Shown here: one piece after another, positions 1 through 13,825 of the stretch | How the letters are laid out: each line of letters opens with the position of its first letter | Position numbering within the stretch: position 1 is the first letter of the stretch | Assembly: GCF_018350175.1 (NCBI RefSeq) | Contig: NC_058368.1 | Span: 26,910,001 to 26,974,000, forward strand | DNA length: 64,000 bases | Direction: 5' to 3' | Origin: Felis catus | Lineage: Eukaryota | Notes under the pieces: model-generated | The model's input: the letters and a program-made list of their open reading frames with translations, nothing else | What the model was told of the DNA's origin: nothing | Database searches by the model: none | Position numbers and translations under genes: made by a program

Positions 1-2709
1 ACTTCAAAGTAAGGAAAGTTATTAGAGATTAAGAAGGACATTACATAGTAAGAAAGGGGTCAATTCTTTAAGAAGACATAATAATTCTTAATGTGGATGC
101 ATCTAACAACAGAGCATCAAACTATGTGGGGCAAAAACTGATAGAACTGCCAAGGAAAAATAGATAACTCCACTATCATAGTTGCAGACTTCAACATAAC
201 TCTATCAGAAATGGACAGATTCACCAAAAGAAATTCAGTAAGGACATCGTTGAATTCAACAACACCATCAATCAACTGGATACAACTCACACCAATACAC
301 TACTTCATCCAACAACAGCAGAATACAGATTTTTCTCAAGCTTACATAGAACATTCACCAAAATAGACAATATTCTGGGCCATAAAACATACCTTAACAA
401 ATTTAAAAGAGTAGAAATCATAAAATATTTGCTCTCAGACCATAATGCAATTAAACTAGAAATCAATAACAAAAAATAACTGGAATAATACCCAAATAGG
501 TAGAGATTAAACTACATACTTCCAAATAAATAGATCAAAGAAGAAATCTCAAGAAATTATAAAATATTTTGAACTAAATGAAAATGAAAACACAATTTAT
601 CCAAATTTGTGGAACACAGTAAAAGCAGTGCTTAGATAGAAATTTATGGCATTGAATGCATATATTAGAAAAGAAAAAAAAATCTAAAATTAATCATCTA
701 AACTTCCACATTAGGAAGCTAGAAAAAAAAACAGTAAATTTCATTGAAAGTAAGTAGATGAAAAGAAATAAGAATTAGAGCAGAAATCAATGAAATAAAA
801 TGCAGGATATCAGTAGAGAAAAATCAATGAAACCAAAACCTGGTTCTTTGAAGGAATCGGTAAAATTACTGACCCTCTAGCTACATTAACTAAGACAAAA
901 AGGACAAGTCACAAATTTCTAATATCAGAAATGAAAGAGGAGACATCACTATAGATCTCATGGAAATTAAAAGGATAATAAAGGAATACTATGAATAGCT
1001 CTATGCCCATAAATTTGATACCCTAAATGAAATGGACTAATTCCTTGAATGATATAATCTGCCAAAACTGACACAAGAAAAAACAGATGATCTGAATAGG
1101 CCTATATTTATTTAAGGAATTGAATCAATAATTCATCACATTCCAAAACAGAAAGCCCCAAACCCAGAGGGTTCAGTGGTAAATTCTGCCAAACATTTAA
1201 AAATTACACCCATTCTCTATAATCTCTTTCAGAGGATAGAAGCAAAGGGAATACTTCTTAACTCATTCTATGAGGCCAGCATTAACCTAATACCAAAACC
1301 AGACAAAAAATTACAAGAAAATAAAACTATAAACCAATATCTCTTTTGAACATAAATTTAAAAATCCTCAACAAAATATGAGCAAATCAAATCCAAAAAA
1401 TTATAAAAGAAATTGTATGCCATGATCGAGTGGGAATTGTCATAGGTACACAATTATGGCTCAACATCCAAAAATCAATTAACATAATCCATCACATCAA
1501 CAGACTTAAAAAAGTAAAATCATGTGATTATACCAATAGATACATAAAAATCATTTAACAAATCCAAATCCCATTTATAATAAAAACACTCAGTAAAGTA
1601 ACAATACAGGAGAACTTTCTCAACTTGATAAAAAAATTCTACAGCCAACATCATACTTAATGCTAAGAAACTCAAAGCTTTCCCATTAAGATTAGAACAA
1701 GGCAAGGATACTTTCTCTCACCATTCCTTTTCAACATCACACCGTAAGTCCTTGCTGATGCAATAAGGTGAGAAAAAGAAATAATATGTATACAGATTAG
1801 GGAAGATAAAAACTGTTCATAGATGACATGATAATCTAGGTATAAAACTGAAAATAATTGAAAAAAAGAACAAGCTGCTGGAACCAATAATCAATTATAG
1901 CAAAGTTTCAGGTAATATAACAAAGTCAATGCTTTTATATAACGATAGTGAACAAGTAGAATATGAAATTTAAAACCATACCATTTACTTAGCACCCCTA
2001 AAAATGAAATACTTAGGTACAAATCTAATAAAATATGTGCAAGATCTATGTGAGAAAAACTAAAAAACTCAGATGAAGGTGTTCAAAGAAGAACTACATA
2101 AATGGAGAGATAGTCCATATTCACTGGTAGAAAGACTCATTATAGCCAACATGTCAGTTCTTCCCAAGGTGATCTACAGATTCAATTCAATCCCAACCAA
2201 AATCCCAGTAAGTTATTTTATGGATATTGACAAACTGATTGTAAAGTTTATAGAGGGAGGCAAAAGACTAAAGACTAGCCAGCACAGTATTGAAGAGGAA
2301 AAACAAAGTTGAAGCGCTGACCTTATTTGACATCAAGACATACTATCAAGTTGCAGTAATCAAGATGGTGTTGTACTGGTGAAATAATAGGTAAATGTAA
2401 CAGACAGCCACATAAAGAGACCCACATGAATGTATTAACTGATCTTTGGCAAAGGAGCAAAGGTAATACAGTGGAGCAAAGATAGTCCCATTCAACAAAT
2501 GGTGCTGAAACAATTGGATATCCACATGCAAAACAATGAACCTAGACACAGACCTTACACCCTTCACAAAAATTAACTCAAGGAGTGTCTGGGTGGCTCA
2601 ATTGGTTAAGCAACTGACTCTTGATTTAGTCTCAGGTCATGCTCTCATGATCTGTGAGGTCAAGCCCCCCATTGGGCTCTCTGCTGACAGCACAGAGCCT
2701 GCTTGGGAT

Positions 2710-2760
<51 letters not shown>

Positions 2761-4148
2761 CCCTGCCCCTCCCCCACTCAATCTGCTCGCTCTCTTTCTC
2801 TCAAAATAAATAAATAAATAAGCTTAAAAACAAACAACAACAACAACAAAATTAAAGTGGATCATAGACCTAAACATAAAATGCTAAATTGTAAACTCCT
2901 AGAAGGTAACATAGGAGAAAATCTAGATGATGTTGGGTTTGGTGTTGCCATTTTAGATACAACACCAAAGGCAACCCATGAAATAAATAGTTGATAAGCT
3001 AAACTTCATTAAAATTAAAAGTTTCTATTGTGTAAAAGACACTGTCACAAGAGAATGATAAGACAAGCCACAGACTGGGAGAAAATACTGCAAAAGCTCC
3101 ATTTGATAAAAGACTGTTCTTTAAAATGAAGAACTCTTAAAATTCAATAACAAGAAAACAAACAACTAGATTTTGAAAGTGGACCAAAGACCTTAACAGA
3201 AACCTCACCAAAGAAGACAGATGGCAAATAGCATATGAAAAGGTGTTCCACTTTATATGTCACCAGGGAAGTGTGAATTAAACAATGAGATACACTACAC
3301 ACTTATTAGGAGGGTCAACGTCAGGAACCCTGACAACACCAAAATGCTAATGAGGAGGTGGAGCAACAGGAACTCTCATTCATTTCTGGTGGGAATGCAA
3401 AATATACAGCCATTTTGAAAGACAGTTTGGTGGTTTCTCATAAAACTGAACATATTCTTACCATACAATCCAGCAATTGTGCTGCTTGGTATTTGTCCAA
3501 AGGAGTTAAAGACTGATGTCTACGCCAAAACACAGATGTTTATGGCAGCTTTATCCATAATTGTCAAAGTTTGGAAGCAAGCAAAATGTCCTTCAGTAGG
3601 TGATTAGCTACATAAACTGTGGTATATCCAGACAATGGAACATTATTTAGTCCTAAAAAGAAATGAGTTATTAAGCTATGAAAAGACTTGGAGGAACCTG
3701 AATGAATATTACTAAGTGAAAGAAGCCAATCTGACAATCTGACAATACCGCATGATTCCAACCATATGACATTCTGAAAAGGTATAACGATGGAGATAAT
3801 AAAAAGATCAGTGGCTGCTAGGGTCGGGGGCAGGGTAGGGGAGAGATGCACAGGCAGAGAACATAGGAATTTTAGGGCAGTAGAAATACTCTGTATGATA
3901 TTATAATGATGGATATATATCCTTATACTATTTATCCAAATCCGTACATAGTATAACACCAAGAGTGAACCCTAAGGTAAACAATGGACTTTAAGTGATT
4001 ATGATGTGAAAGTACCATTCTGGTGAGTGAAGTTGATGATGAGGAAAGCTTTGCATGTGTAGGGACAAGGAGTATATGGGAAATCTTGTACTTTCCTCTC
4101 AATTTTGTAGTAAACCTAAAACTGCTCTTAAAAATAGTCTTTTTAAAA
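1..4148 (+). mobile_element. Decayed LINE-1 (L1MC1-like): ORF2 from the endonuclease domain through RT and C-terminus, plus 3' UTR; continues left of the window
   Basis: Start translates as FKVRKVIRD*EGHYIVRKGSI (L1 endonuclease). FYEASI-LIPKPDK at ~1267, RQG-LSP-LFNI at ~1695 and LFIDDMII (YADD box) at 1813-1836 match RT. Many stops and frameshifts. The 3' UTR 'aagagtgaaccctaaggtaaacaatggacttt...aaacctaaaactgctct' is typical of L1MC1. Confidence 0.95.
2581..2848 (+). mobile_element. Can-SINE (older subfamily) inserted in L1 ORF2
   Basis: tRNA-like head 'gtctgggtggctcaattggttaagc', expanded (CT)n and aataaa/A-rich tail; interrupts the L1 sequence 'aaaattaactca...tggatcatagacctaaa'. Confidence 0.93.
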
Positions 4149-5329
4149 AGCACTCAAATGTAGTTAACACTACATCAAGGTCAGTATCAGTAAACATTTT
4201 GCTAAGTGAAGTGAAATCCTGCTTATAAATATTACTTTGGAACCTTTTAAAATTCATATAGGTGACTGCAATGAAAACTCTATGTTCCTGTATCACCTAA
4301 CATTGAATGTGGAATCCATTGCTCATATAAAAATCATTCAGGCCTATATTAATGATATGGAGATTTGAGATCATTTTTTGGCAGAGGAATCAGTAGATTG
4401 AGAAGAGCTTATAGTTTTGCAACTATTTGATTTGTTAGTTGCTTATATTTTCAATATTACACATATTTTTCATTAAGCTAAGGATAACTAAAGCTAATGA
4501 TCAGAATCTAAAAATTATATGCCTTTCAAAAATAATCTGTTATATTTGTTTATTTGAATTTATAATGTATTTCTAAGGAAAGGGTTTTTTTTCCTTTTCT
4601 GATAAATTTGGCAGTGTGAATAATGGGTTTTCGATATCACATTATTTATCATATAATATTCTCCTGAATGTTGCTGAACTATGACCAAAACCAGAAAAAA
4701 TAAATTGAAACAGATACTAATAGCAGGATAGCTTTATTCAATACATAGCTAAGAATGGGATGCTCCAAATTGCTTTTTCTTTTCTGTAATTTTCAATTTA
4801 AACGATGGCTTTGAGATCTAAAACTTTAGAAAAATAAAAATAGTATGTGATTTGGTAATGGCAGAGCTGTTTACATAATCTAGTGAAGAGAGACATGAAG
4901 TAATGAAGTTTAAATCTCTTAATTAATGAGATGATGTATTCAAAAGGAAAATCAGAGTTCATGCAATAAATAGTTTTAAAAGGCTTATTACCCAAAAGTT
5001 CCCTGGCATAACAGTCATGTCCAAATTGGAATAAAACACATAAATAACAGATGTGTTCCAGTATTTCTCAGTCCACACAGCACAAGGTAATTTAGAGACA
5101 GTGATAATACACTAACAATCCAAGATATAGTTTCTGTCCAAAGTGTTTAACTCAAGACATATGATCCCCCTCATCTACTATTATTTGTTACACCCCCTGA
5201 CATTATTTGACATAGTATTTAGACAAATGTAATCACTTTGCTTGTATTGAAGAAGCTTCATCAAGGTGTTCTCAAGACTAGGTATGTCTCCTTGAGTCCA
5301 TAGTGCTGCTTTCTTTGTGTACCTGGCAT

Positions 5330-5332
5330 GAA

Positions 5333-5374
<42 letters not shown>
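5330..5374 (+). repeat. (TAAA)n microsatellite
   Basis: About 11 tandem TAAA units. Confidence 0.95.
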
Positions 5375-5375
<1 letters not shown>

Positions 5376-5643
5376 CTAGCTAGCAAGCCTGCAATCTTCA
5401 TGAGCTGTTTTGTCTTCAGTGACTAATGTTAACTAACTCATGCACGGTGATCCAACCAGATGTCAGCACATCCAATTGGCTGAAAATATCAGTTTTCTCT
5501 TCATCTGCCTGTTCCACAGAGACTGTATAGAGCCATCCTTAAGTGTCTGTCATTCTTTAGAGTGAGACCTCTTTGGAGACACTTCCATCCCTTAGATGTA
5601 ACATTAACTTTGCTGGGCTGTTAGATAATGTTGATATTATTTT

Positions 5644-5853
5644 TTTTTTCCAACGTTTATTTATTTTTGGGACAGAGAGAGACAGAGCATGAACGGGGGA
5701 GGGGCAGAGAGAGAGGGAGACACAGAATCGGAAACAGGCTCCAGGCTCTGAGCCATCAGTCCAGAGCCCGACGCGGGGCTCGAACTCATGGACCGCGAGA
5801 TCGTGACCTGGCTGAAGTCGGACGCTTAACCGACTGCGCCACCCAGGCGCCCC
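5644..5853 (-). mobile_element. Young feline Can-SINE
   Basis: Full length with CpGs intact; perfect TSD ATGTTGATATTATTTT at 5628-5643 and 5854-5869. Confidence 0.97.
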
Positions 5854-6289
5854 ATGTTGATATTATTTTAATTTGTGGTTCATACAGATTTGTATTAAGC
5901 ACTCACCTTGCAGAAAGGTCCAGTCTTTTTCTAATCTTCCAGTAATTTGGGTTGTTCATCTTCTAAGCCTTTCAGTCTCAATCTGTCAATGTAATTTACC
6001 CCTGCACAGTTTTTTAATAACTAGTGTAACTCTCTCATTTTTCTTACATTCCTTTCCGTTAAAAATGCCATGGCTTCATTCAGAGCTCACCTGTTTTCGG
6101 TCTCTGCAGAGCCATAGCTGTGTCATCTTCAGGCTCCAGTTCTCATTTTTGTTGTAACTCCAAAGTTTAATCCATGGCTTAAAGTTAGATCCTGAACATT
6201 GAAAACGATCTCTTCATTTATAACTGGCTTACGCAAGAGAATCTCTTTTTTCTACTTTGAGATGCTTCACAGAGATCAGCTTTCTCAGC

Positions 6290-6580
6290 AACACTGTGCA
6301 GTGGACATGGTCCGGACTCTGCCCAGATCCTCTTTCAGATCTTTTTTTTTTATCCCTTATGAGCATCCTTCTCCCAACTAAGGCATGTTTTTGCCTCCAA
6401 TAGCTCTCACCTAAGACTTCCTGTGGGAGGTTTGCTTCCCTCAAAAAAGACTTTGCCTGAGATTGCCGCCTTGCTTGGCTTTCTCCTTACTAGTCTGGCT
6501 TCCCTTACCAATTTCACCTGGGAGGGCTTCAGTAATAAATCACTTGCTCAGAGTCTGCTTCTGGGAATCCCAAAGTAAGT
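6290..6580 (+). mobile_element. LTR16-like (ERVL) solo LTR remnant
   Basis: 3' end 'aataaatcacttgctcagagtctgcttctgggaatcccaaagtaag' resembles the LTR16 terminus. Confidence 0.6.
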
Positions 6581-7716
6581 CCCCTTGCAAAAATAATCAC
6601 ACACTGAAATCTATTTTTAAGAGATGACAATTATTCTACTCCTGCTGCTCATTCCAGATCAATCCCTCTCCCAGCAGTAGCCGCAGCAGCAGCAGAGAAA
6701 AAAAGAAAAAGAAAAAAATAAAAGAAAGAAACTTACACCTTTGAAATTTAATCACTGTCCCATTTAGTATAATTTTGATATCATTTATTTGCTTTAAATT
6801 TAAAAAGCCAAAGGCACAAACTTTATTCCATATATTTAGTGTGAATATAAAAGTACACTATTAGCCTTCAAATATAGTAAATAAATCACTATGTTGCATT
6901 TATCTTTTTTGATGTTAGTGTTCTTAGGAACTACTATGTTGCTGCATACGATAATTTATTAAATAAATCTTGATTCTGAGATCCCAATTTCAAAGTGTAG
7001 GATATTTTTCCAACTGTGTTAAAGTCACATGACTTTATACAGCTGTATTAGAAGACTCATGCAAGCAGACCAAAAGGGTAATATTTATGGAAAACATCTA
7101 TGTTACTCTCATTCCAACCAGATGACAAGACAGAGACAGGAATAAATCATGTGTGCACATCCACAGACCCTACTTCTTTATATAGTCATTCTGGTTCTCT
7201 CAAGCCATTCTTTCCCATCTTTTCCATTTTTTTTAAATTAGTAATTCTCCTTTCTAATAATTCATTATGCTACCTATAGCTCAAGAACACTGGAATAATA
7301 GTCTGTTGCAGACTAAGAGTAATTAACTCAGAAAACTACCAAGACATATGGATCTATAAGACAGAACATTGTAAATATGAAAGCCACAGCATCTGCCAGC
7401 ATAGTTTTTTAAAATTTGTAACTTTGAGAGTATTTACTGCTAATAATATCTTATATCTTTGTGATATTTTTACCATAGCAACATTCAAAATATAAAGTTA
7501 ATAATTCCCAAAAACAATTATTGCTGTTGTGAAAATTATTTTATCCTAAGCTAAAGTAAATATAATCCTTTTTGCTCTGAACTTCAAAATGCTTTCAAAG
7601 TTAATGTTTCTGGTCCTCAAAACTTCTAGCTGATATATGAATAATTTAAAACTACTGCAAATGCAAGTGAGGCCCAGCAATAGGATCAAAACTTGAATAC
7701 AGACTTTCATTTTTGT

Positions 7717-7958
7717 TTTTTTGTTTTTGTTTTGTTTTGTTTTTTAACTTTTTTATTTTTATTTTTATTTTTGAGACAGAGAGAGACAGAGCATGAATGG
7801 GGAAGGGGCAGAGAGAGAGGGAGACACAGAATTGGAAGCAGGCTCCAGGCTCTGAGCCATCAGCCCAGAGCCCGACGCGGGGCTAGAACTCACGGACTGC
7901 AAGATCGTGACCTGAGCTGAAGTCGGACGCTTAACCGACTGAGCCACCCAGGCGCCCC
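7717..7958 (-). mobile_element. Feline Can-SINE
   Basis: TSD ACAGACTTTCATTTTTGT at 7699-7716 and 7959-7976. Confidence 0.97.
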
Positions 7959-8094
7959 ACAGACTTTCATTTTTGTAACATCGTCTAAAAAAGAAGCTAA
8001 CTAGTACAGGTTATAGCTCAAAACACTGAACTAATTGCAAAGAAACAATTTTCAAGTTATACCTTCTCTGTGTTAGGTAACTGTCAAAATAAAC

Positions 8095-8830
8095 ATGGCA
8101 TGATTCTTTTCATCCAGGAGATCAATTTAGTTGGCAAGAGAGACATATATATAACAGATTCAAATACAATGTACAGCACCCTGCAATAGAAACAATTAAC
8201 CCAACTTTGTGGGAACACAAAATGAGGAGCACTTAATTCCAAATGGAGGCAGGGAGGCTTAAAAGAAGACATGATGTTTGAGGTGAACTGCAAAGCATTA
8301 TAAGTTCTTGTGATTGTTTCCACTCATCAGACCCTGAAAGTTTTTTATTCCTGTTTGCATCTCCACAACCTAGCAGATACTTGGAGTGTATAAATAGTAC
8401 TCTGATGTATGTTGAATGAGTTAGTGAATAAGATAATCAACCAATATTCTTATTGATATCTCCCAACATTCCTATCTTCCGTCTCTCTTAGCTCTAGTAC
8501 TATTGTTAATGCTATTACTTGAGTTCTTTTCTATGAGTAAAAACTGAGCATGTTATGCTTCTCCTAAAAAGAAAGAAAAAAGAAAAACTTTACATGGACA
8601 CAAAATCCATTTCATCACTAAATAGTAAACACTTACAAATCTGTCCCAACCCGCTTGTTCACCCTCATTTTTTCCTGTTCAATCTAACAACCCTATACTC
8701 CAGTCAGAGCAAAATTTTAACTTTCTGTAAGCATGTATTTTCACACATTATTCTCTTTGCCTTGAAGTTCTCGCCTACATTCAGGAATTACCTCTAACTC
8801 AGTCTTCAGCCTCAATTTCTCTGTAATGCC
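8095..8830. mobile_element. Degraded L2 fragments
   Basis: L2-like 'tgtttgcatctccacaacctagcagat...gttgaatgagttagtgaata' and 'catgatgtttgaggtgaactg' segments. Confidence 0.5.
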
Positions 8831-8938
8831 ACGGCTTAGAAATACTAAGAAACCTATATTATGATTTCTGAATCAACACAAATATTTGCTTACAACTTAG
8901 AGAACATATGTACAAATCCTTGTTTAAAATAGGTTAAA

Positions 8939-9143
8939 GAATGCCTGGTTGGCTCTGTCAGTTGAGCATTTGACTCTTGATTTTGGTTCCAGTCATGATC
9001 CCAGGGTCATGGGACTGAGACCTGTGTGGGGCTCTGCGCTGAGTGTGGAGCCTGCTTAAGATCCTCTCTCTCTCTCCGGAGCTCTGCCTCTCTCCCCTGC
9101 TGGTGTTCTCTTGCTCTCTAAAAAATAAATAAATAAATAAAAT
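8939..9143 (+). mobile_element. Older carnivore Can-SINE
   Basis: 'tgcctggttggctctgtcagttgagcatttgactcttgatttt...gagcctgcttaagat', (CT)n and aaat tail. Confidence 0.9.
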
Positions 9144-10664
9144 AATTTTAGACTTCTAAATATTGGGCTTTATTATGAACAGTCTGGCATGGGATTGTTT
9201 GGATAATACCAAATAACAGATAATTTCATTTATCATCTATAAAAGAACATGAGAATTAGTTGTTCCATGACTATTCCAAAATCTACTTTTATGATTTTAA
9301 ATCAAAATGTGAATATTTATGAACACAAACTTTTTTGAATCACTGGGTTCTACTCCTGAAGCCAAGACTACATTGTATGTTAACTAACATGAATTTAAAT
9401 AAAAAAAAAAGACAAACTGTTTTAAAAAATGCCTTTCTAGAAAATGAAATTATGTTTTTAGTTTAGCCCTAATGAAAGTAAACATGCTTAACAAGCCACA
9501 AGAAATATGCTTTTTGTCTTCTTCAATTATAAATACTTTGATTGAACCATGCTTTATAAGAGTTTTATATATTGAAAAATTAGATAAAATGTTCTATCCT
9601 TTAAAAAAGAAAGCTGGTAATAAGCTTTATGAAAATACAACTCAACAAATGAGACTGTATGGGAATAGAAAGAAAATCTGTATTAAAAATGAAAAACAGA
9701 ATATTTCTCTTAATATTGTACATTAATCATAAATTTAATGCGTATTTAGGGTAATTTGGGGAAATTTCACTTTGTTTTTATTGTTTCTCTATGGGTTGTG
9801 CATCATTATGAAGTTTAACTATAATTTTAATGTAATTTTCCCAATGACACACTTTATATCTTTCCTAATTACATTTGTAGCAAAATCATTTTCAGGAAAC
9901 CAGCTTTCTGTGTCTATTCTATTACTCTTTACACCACTGAAAATAGCCTCTCTTTTAATCACTTTCAAATATTCTTTACTTTTTCCCCTTAAATTACAAT
10001 ATTCCATTAGCTGATGGCACAGGGGCTTTGAGTACTTTTCAGAGTTTTGGCATCAGAGGTATCCTTAGCCATGCTGATTAGGCCTTAGAGAGTGCTAATT
10101 TTCTCATACAAAGGGAGTTTTGAGCTTTCATTAGGATGTTTCCCAGATGCTTTAATTTTCAGATACAGTTTAGTACAATTATGGCTGCTTTAACCAAGGT
10201 TATTTGAAAAATAATCTACATAGAGAAATGGAAAAGCACCAAGTGGCTGATAAGCAACCATAGTAACGTGGTTTAAACATCCCATGTACCAAAGAGAAAA
10301 TGTGTATTCTGTGATATTAACTATTGTAATTGCTAATACATCATGATTTAGGCAAATAAGTTCGATATTCTCCTAAGTCCTTGAAATCGTAAGCATTCTT
10401 TGAATCTGAATTAAAATGTAGCACTATTTAAAATGATGGGCACTGGAGAGGAGGGAATAAAAAAGTGAAAGGCCAAATATACCTAATTAAATAATGGAAA
10501 AAAGAGCTTATTAATATGCATATTACCAAGAGTCTGAATTCATTGACTGAGTTAAGACAAAATGTAGATTATAAAATATTATGAATGATATGTTCTAATT
10601 CCATTTTTTAAAAAGTGATAGTGAGTTTTGTCTCAAAAAGCTAGGAATGTTTAGCCCATATCCA

Positions 10665-10910
10665 GCCCAAAGACTGTTTCTCTGGGCTAAATATTCCCAG
10701 TTCTTTTGTAACAACTTATATAAGTTCAAGTCCCTTCAACATCCTAGTCACATCTCTGGTTATATTCTGCCTGGATATTGTCCTGTGAGAGGTACAGACC
10801 AGGATTTGATAATTCAGATATAGTCTCATCAGCTGCTTGTAGAAACATATTTCATCCTATATGAGGCTAGTTTTCTAATAATGCAAACTAAGTTTACAAG
10901 GGCAACTTAG
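10665..10910 (-). mobile_element. L3/CR1 LINE relic
   Basis: 'ttctctgggctaaatattcccagttct...tcccttcaacatcctagtcacatctctgg...cagatatagtctcatcag' resembles the antisense L3 RT region. Confidence 0.65.
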
Positions 10911-11239
10911 GCTGTCATTGTTCCTAGGGTTTTTCAGTAGGTGGAGGTAGGAGATATCAGTATTTTGGACAAAAAAAAAATTGAATTTATACTGTATTTT
11001 AAATTCAAAGATTACATGTAGTTTTCACTCAATTTTACCTTCAATTTCATAGGTGTATGTTTTTTCCCTCTAATGCTGAAAATCTTAGTTGCTGAATCAC
11101 ATTATTATGAATATTTATTTTCAAAATATCATGATGTTATTTTTAATAATATAATTACAAGTTAATTTTTTCTGTAGAATCTAATTTATTTTTTATAGCT
11201 ACATAGCTTTCCATTCTAATGGATGTCCATAGCTTATTC

Positions 11240-11441
11240 TTTTTTCTTAGTGTTTATTTATTTTTGAGAGAGATTGACAGAGAGAGACAGAGCGCAAATG
11301 GGGGAGTGGGAGAGAGAGGGAGACACAGAATCCGAAGCAGCTGTCAGCATAAAGCCCGACGCAGGGTTGAACTCATGGACGGTGAGATCATGACGTAAGC
11401 CACAGTCGAACTCTTAACCAACTGAGCCACTCAGGTGCCCC
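11240..11441 (-). mobile_element. Can-SINE with extra 5' sequence
   Basis: SINE body; flanking repeat ATAGCTTATTC at 11229-11239 and 11477-11487. Confidence 0.93.
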
Positions 11442-12077
11442 TCAATTCTATTTTTTTTAACCCTCCCCTGACCCCTATAGCTTATTCAACTCTTAATGAA
11501 CATTTGAGTTTTTTTCTAATCTTTTGCTACAGTAAATAGTACTGTAATGAATGCCTCCTGTGAAAATGTCATTTTCTATTTTAGCCAGTATGTCTTTGGA
11601 ATAGATTTCTAGAAGTGGAATTGCTAAGTTGAATTTTGTATATACTTTATATATATTTAATAAATATATATATATATTTATATATACTTTATATATATAA
11701 ATATACATAAAGTGTATAATGTGCACACATAATTTTGCTTGATGTTATAAAATTTTTCTCCATTGTGTTGAACCATTTTGTATCCCTGTCAACAGCAATG
11801 TATGAGACTGCTTGCTTCTCCAAAGTCTTGCCATCAGAGTACATTGTCAAGCTTTTGGATTTTTGCCCACATGATAGGAGAGTGAACTTTTATATAAATT
11901 CATTTTAATTCACATTTCTCTAATAATTGAATTTGAGCATCTTTCATATGTTCAAAGGCCATAAACATTTCTTTTTCTGTGAATTCTTTTTAAAATGTTT
12001 ACCCCTTTAAAAAATTAGAGTTGATGGCTCTTCTCAATTCTTTGAGACCTCTTGTATAAGCAATAATAATCCTTTGT

Positions 12078-13643
12078 TGTTGTTGTTTACTGTGGTAAAA
12101 TATATATAACATAAAATTTACCATTTTAGCTATTTTTATGTGTACAGTTCAGTAGCTTTAAGTACATTCACATTGTTGTGCTGTTAACCAGCAACTTCAC
12201 TCCCATCCATATCCAGGACTTATTCATCTTCAACTGAAACTCTGTACTGATTAAACAGTAGCTTTCCATTCTTCCTCCCTCCTGTTTCTGGAAACTACCT
12301 TTCTATTTTACATCTCCATGAATTTGACTTCCCTAGGTACCTCATGTAAGTGAAATTGTGTAACATTTGTCCTTTTGTGTCAGGCTTATTTCACTTAGCA
12401 TAGTGTCATATTGTAGCACGCGCCAGGATTTCCTTCCTTTTTAAGCTGAATAATATTCCATTGAATGTATGTACCACATTTTGTTTATCCATTTACCTCT
12501 CCATAGACATTTGAGGTTTTCCTACTTTTTTGCTGTTATGAGTAATGCTGCTCTGAACGTTCGTGTTTGAGTCCCTGCTTTTAATTCTTTTTGAGTATTT
12601 ACCTAGCAGTGGAACTGCTAGATGATATGGTAATTCTATGTTTATTTGAAAAACCACCCTGCCTTTTCCACAGAAGCTGCACCATTTTATATTCCCACCA
12701 GGAATGCACAAGGTTTTCAATTTCTCAACATCTTTTCAACCGCTTATCTTATTTTATAATAGCCACCCTTATGAATATAAAGTGGTATTTCACTTGGTTT
12801 TTATCTTCATTTCCCTAATTAGTGATATAGAGCATCTTTTCATGTGCTTATTGGCCATTTGTATATTCTTTGGAGAAATGTCTGTTCAAGTCCTTTGTCC
12901 ATTTTTTTTATAAATATTTTTTTAGTGTTTATTCTTGAGAGAGCATGAGCAGAGGAGGGGCAGAGAGAGAGGGGGACAGAGGATCTGAAGCAGGCTTTGT
13001 GCTGAGAGCAGTGAGCCCAATGTGGGGCTCAAACTCATAAGCTGTGAGATCATGACCTGAGCCAAAATTGGGCACTCAACTGACTGAGCCACAATGGTGC
13101 CCCTGTCCATTTTTTTAATTGAGTTATTTTTGTTGGTGGTGGTGAGTTGTAGGAGTTCTTTATATAGTCTAGATTATTAATCCCATATCAGTTATATAAT
13201 TCAAAAATATTTTCTCCCACTTCATGGGTTAACTTTTCACTCTGTCCTTTGATGTGCAGAAATATTCAATTTTGATGAAATCCAATTTATCTATTTTTTT
13301 CATTTTGCTTGTGCTTTTGGTATCATGTCCATGAAATCCTTGCCAAATCCAGTCATGAAGCTTTTCCTCTATGTGTTTTCCTAAGGGTTTTATTGTTTTG
13401 GTTCTTAGATTTAGGTCCTTGATCCATTTTGAGTTAATTTTTATATTTGATGTAAGGTAATAGTCCAACTTCATTCTTTTGCATGGGAAAATCCACTTTC
13501 CAGCCCTATTTGTTGAAAAGACCCTCCTCTCCCCATTGAATGGTCTTCACACACTTGTCAAAAATCATTGTCCATATATGTGAAGGTTTGTTTCCGGGCT
13601 CTGTATTCTACTTCATTAGTCTGTGTGTCTGTCTTGATGCCAG
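12078..13643 (-). mobile_element. L1MA/L1MB-type 3' fragment nested in the older L1
   Basis: 3' end 'tgtggtaaaatatatataacataaaatttaccatttta...agtacattcacattgttgtgc'; ORF2 peptides KINSKWIKDLNLR and IELPYHLAVPLLG. Confidence 0.9.
12909..13103 (-). mobile_element. Can-SINE inside L1
   Basis: TSD TGTCCATTTTTTT at 12896-12908 and 13104-13116. Confidence 0.94.
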
Positions 13644-13825
13644 AATAAAGTTTTGTTTGTCATGCAAGTGGCAGATATTTATTTCAGTTTGTCATTTGTC
13701 TTTTTACTTTGTTTATATACTTATCTTTTCCACACAAAAGTTGTTTAATTTTATGTAGTTAAATTTATCACTGTTTTTATTTATTTCCTTTGTATTTTGT
13801 CTCATAGGAAAATTTCCCTGCACTT

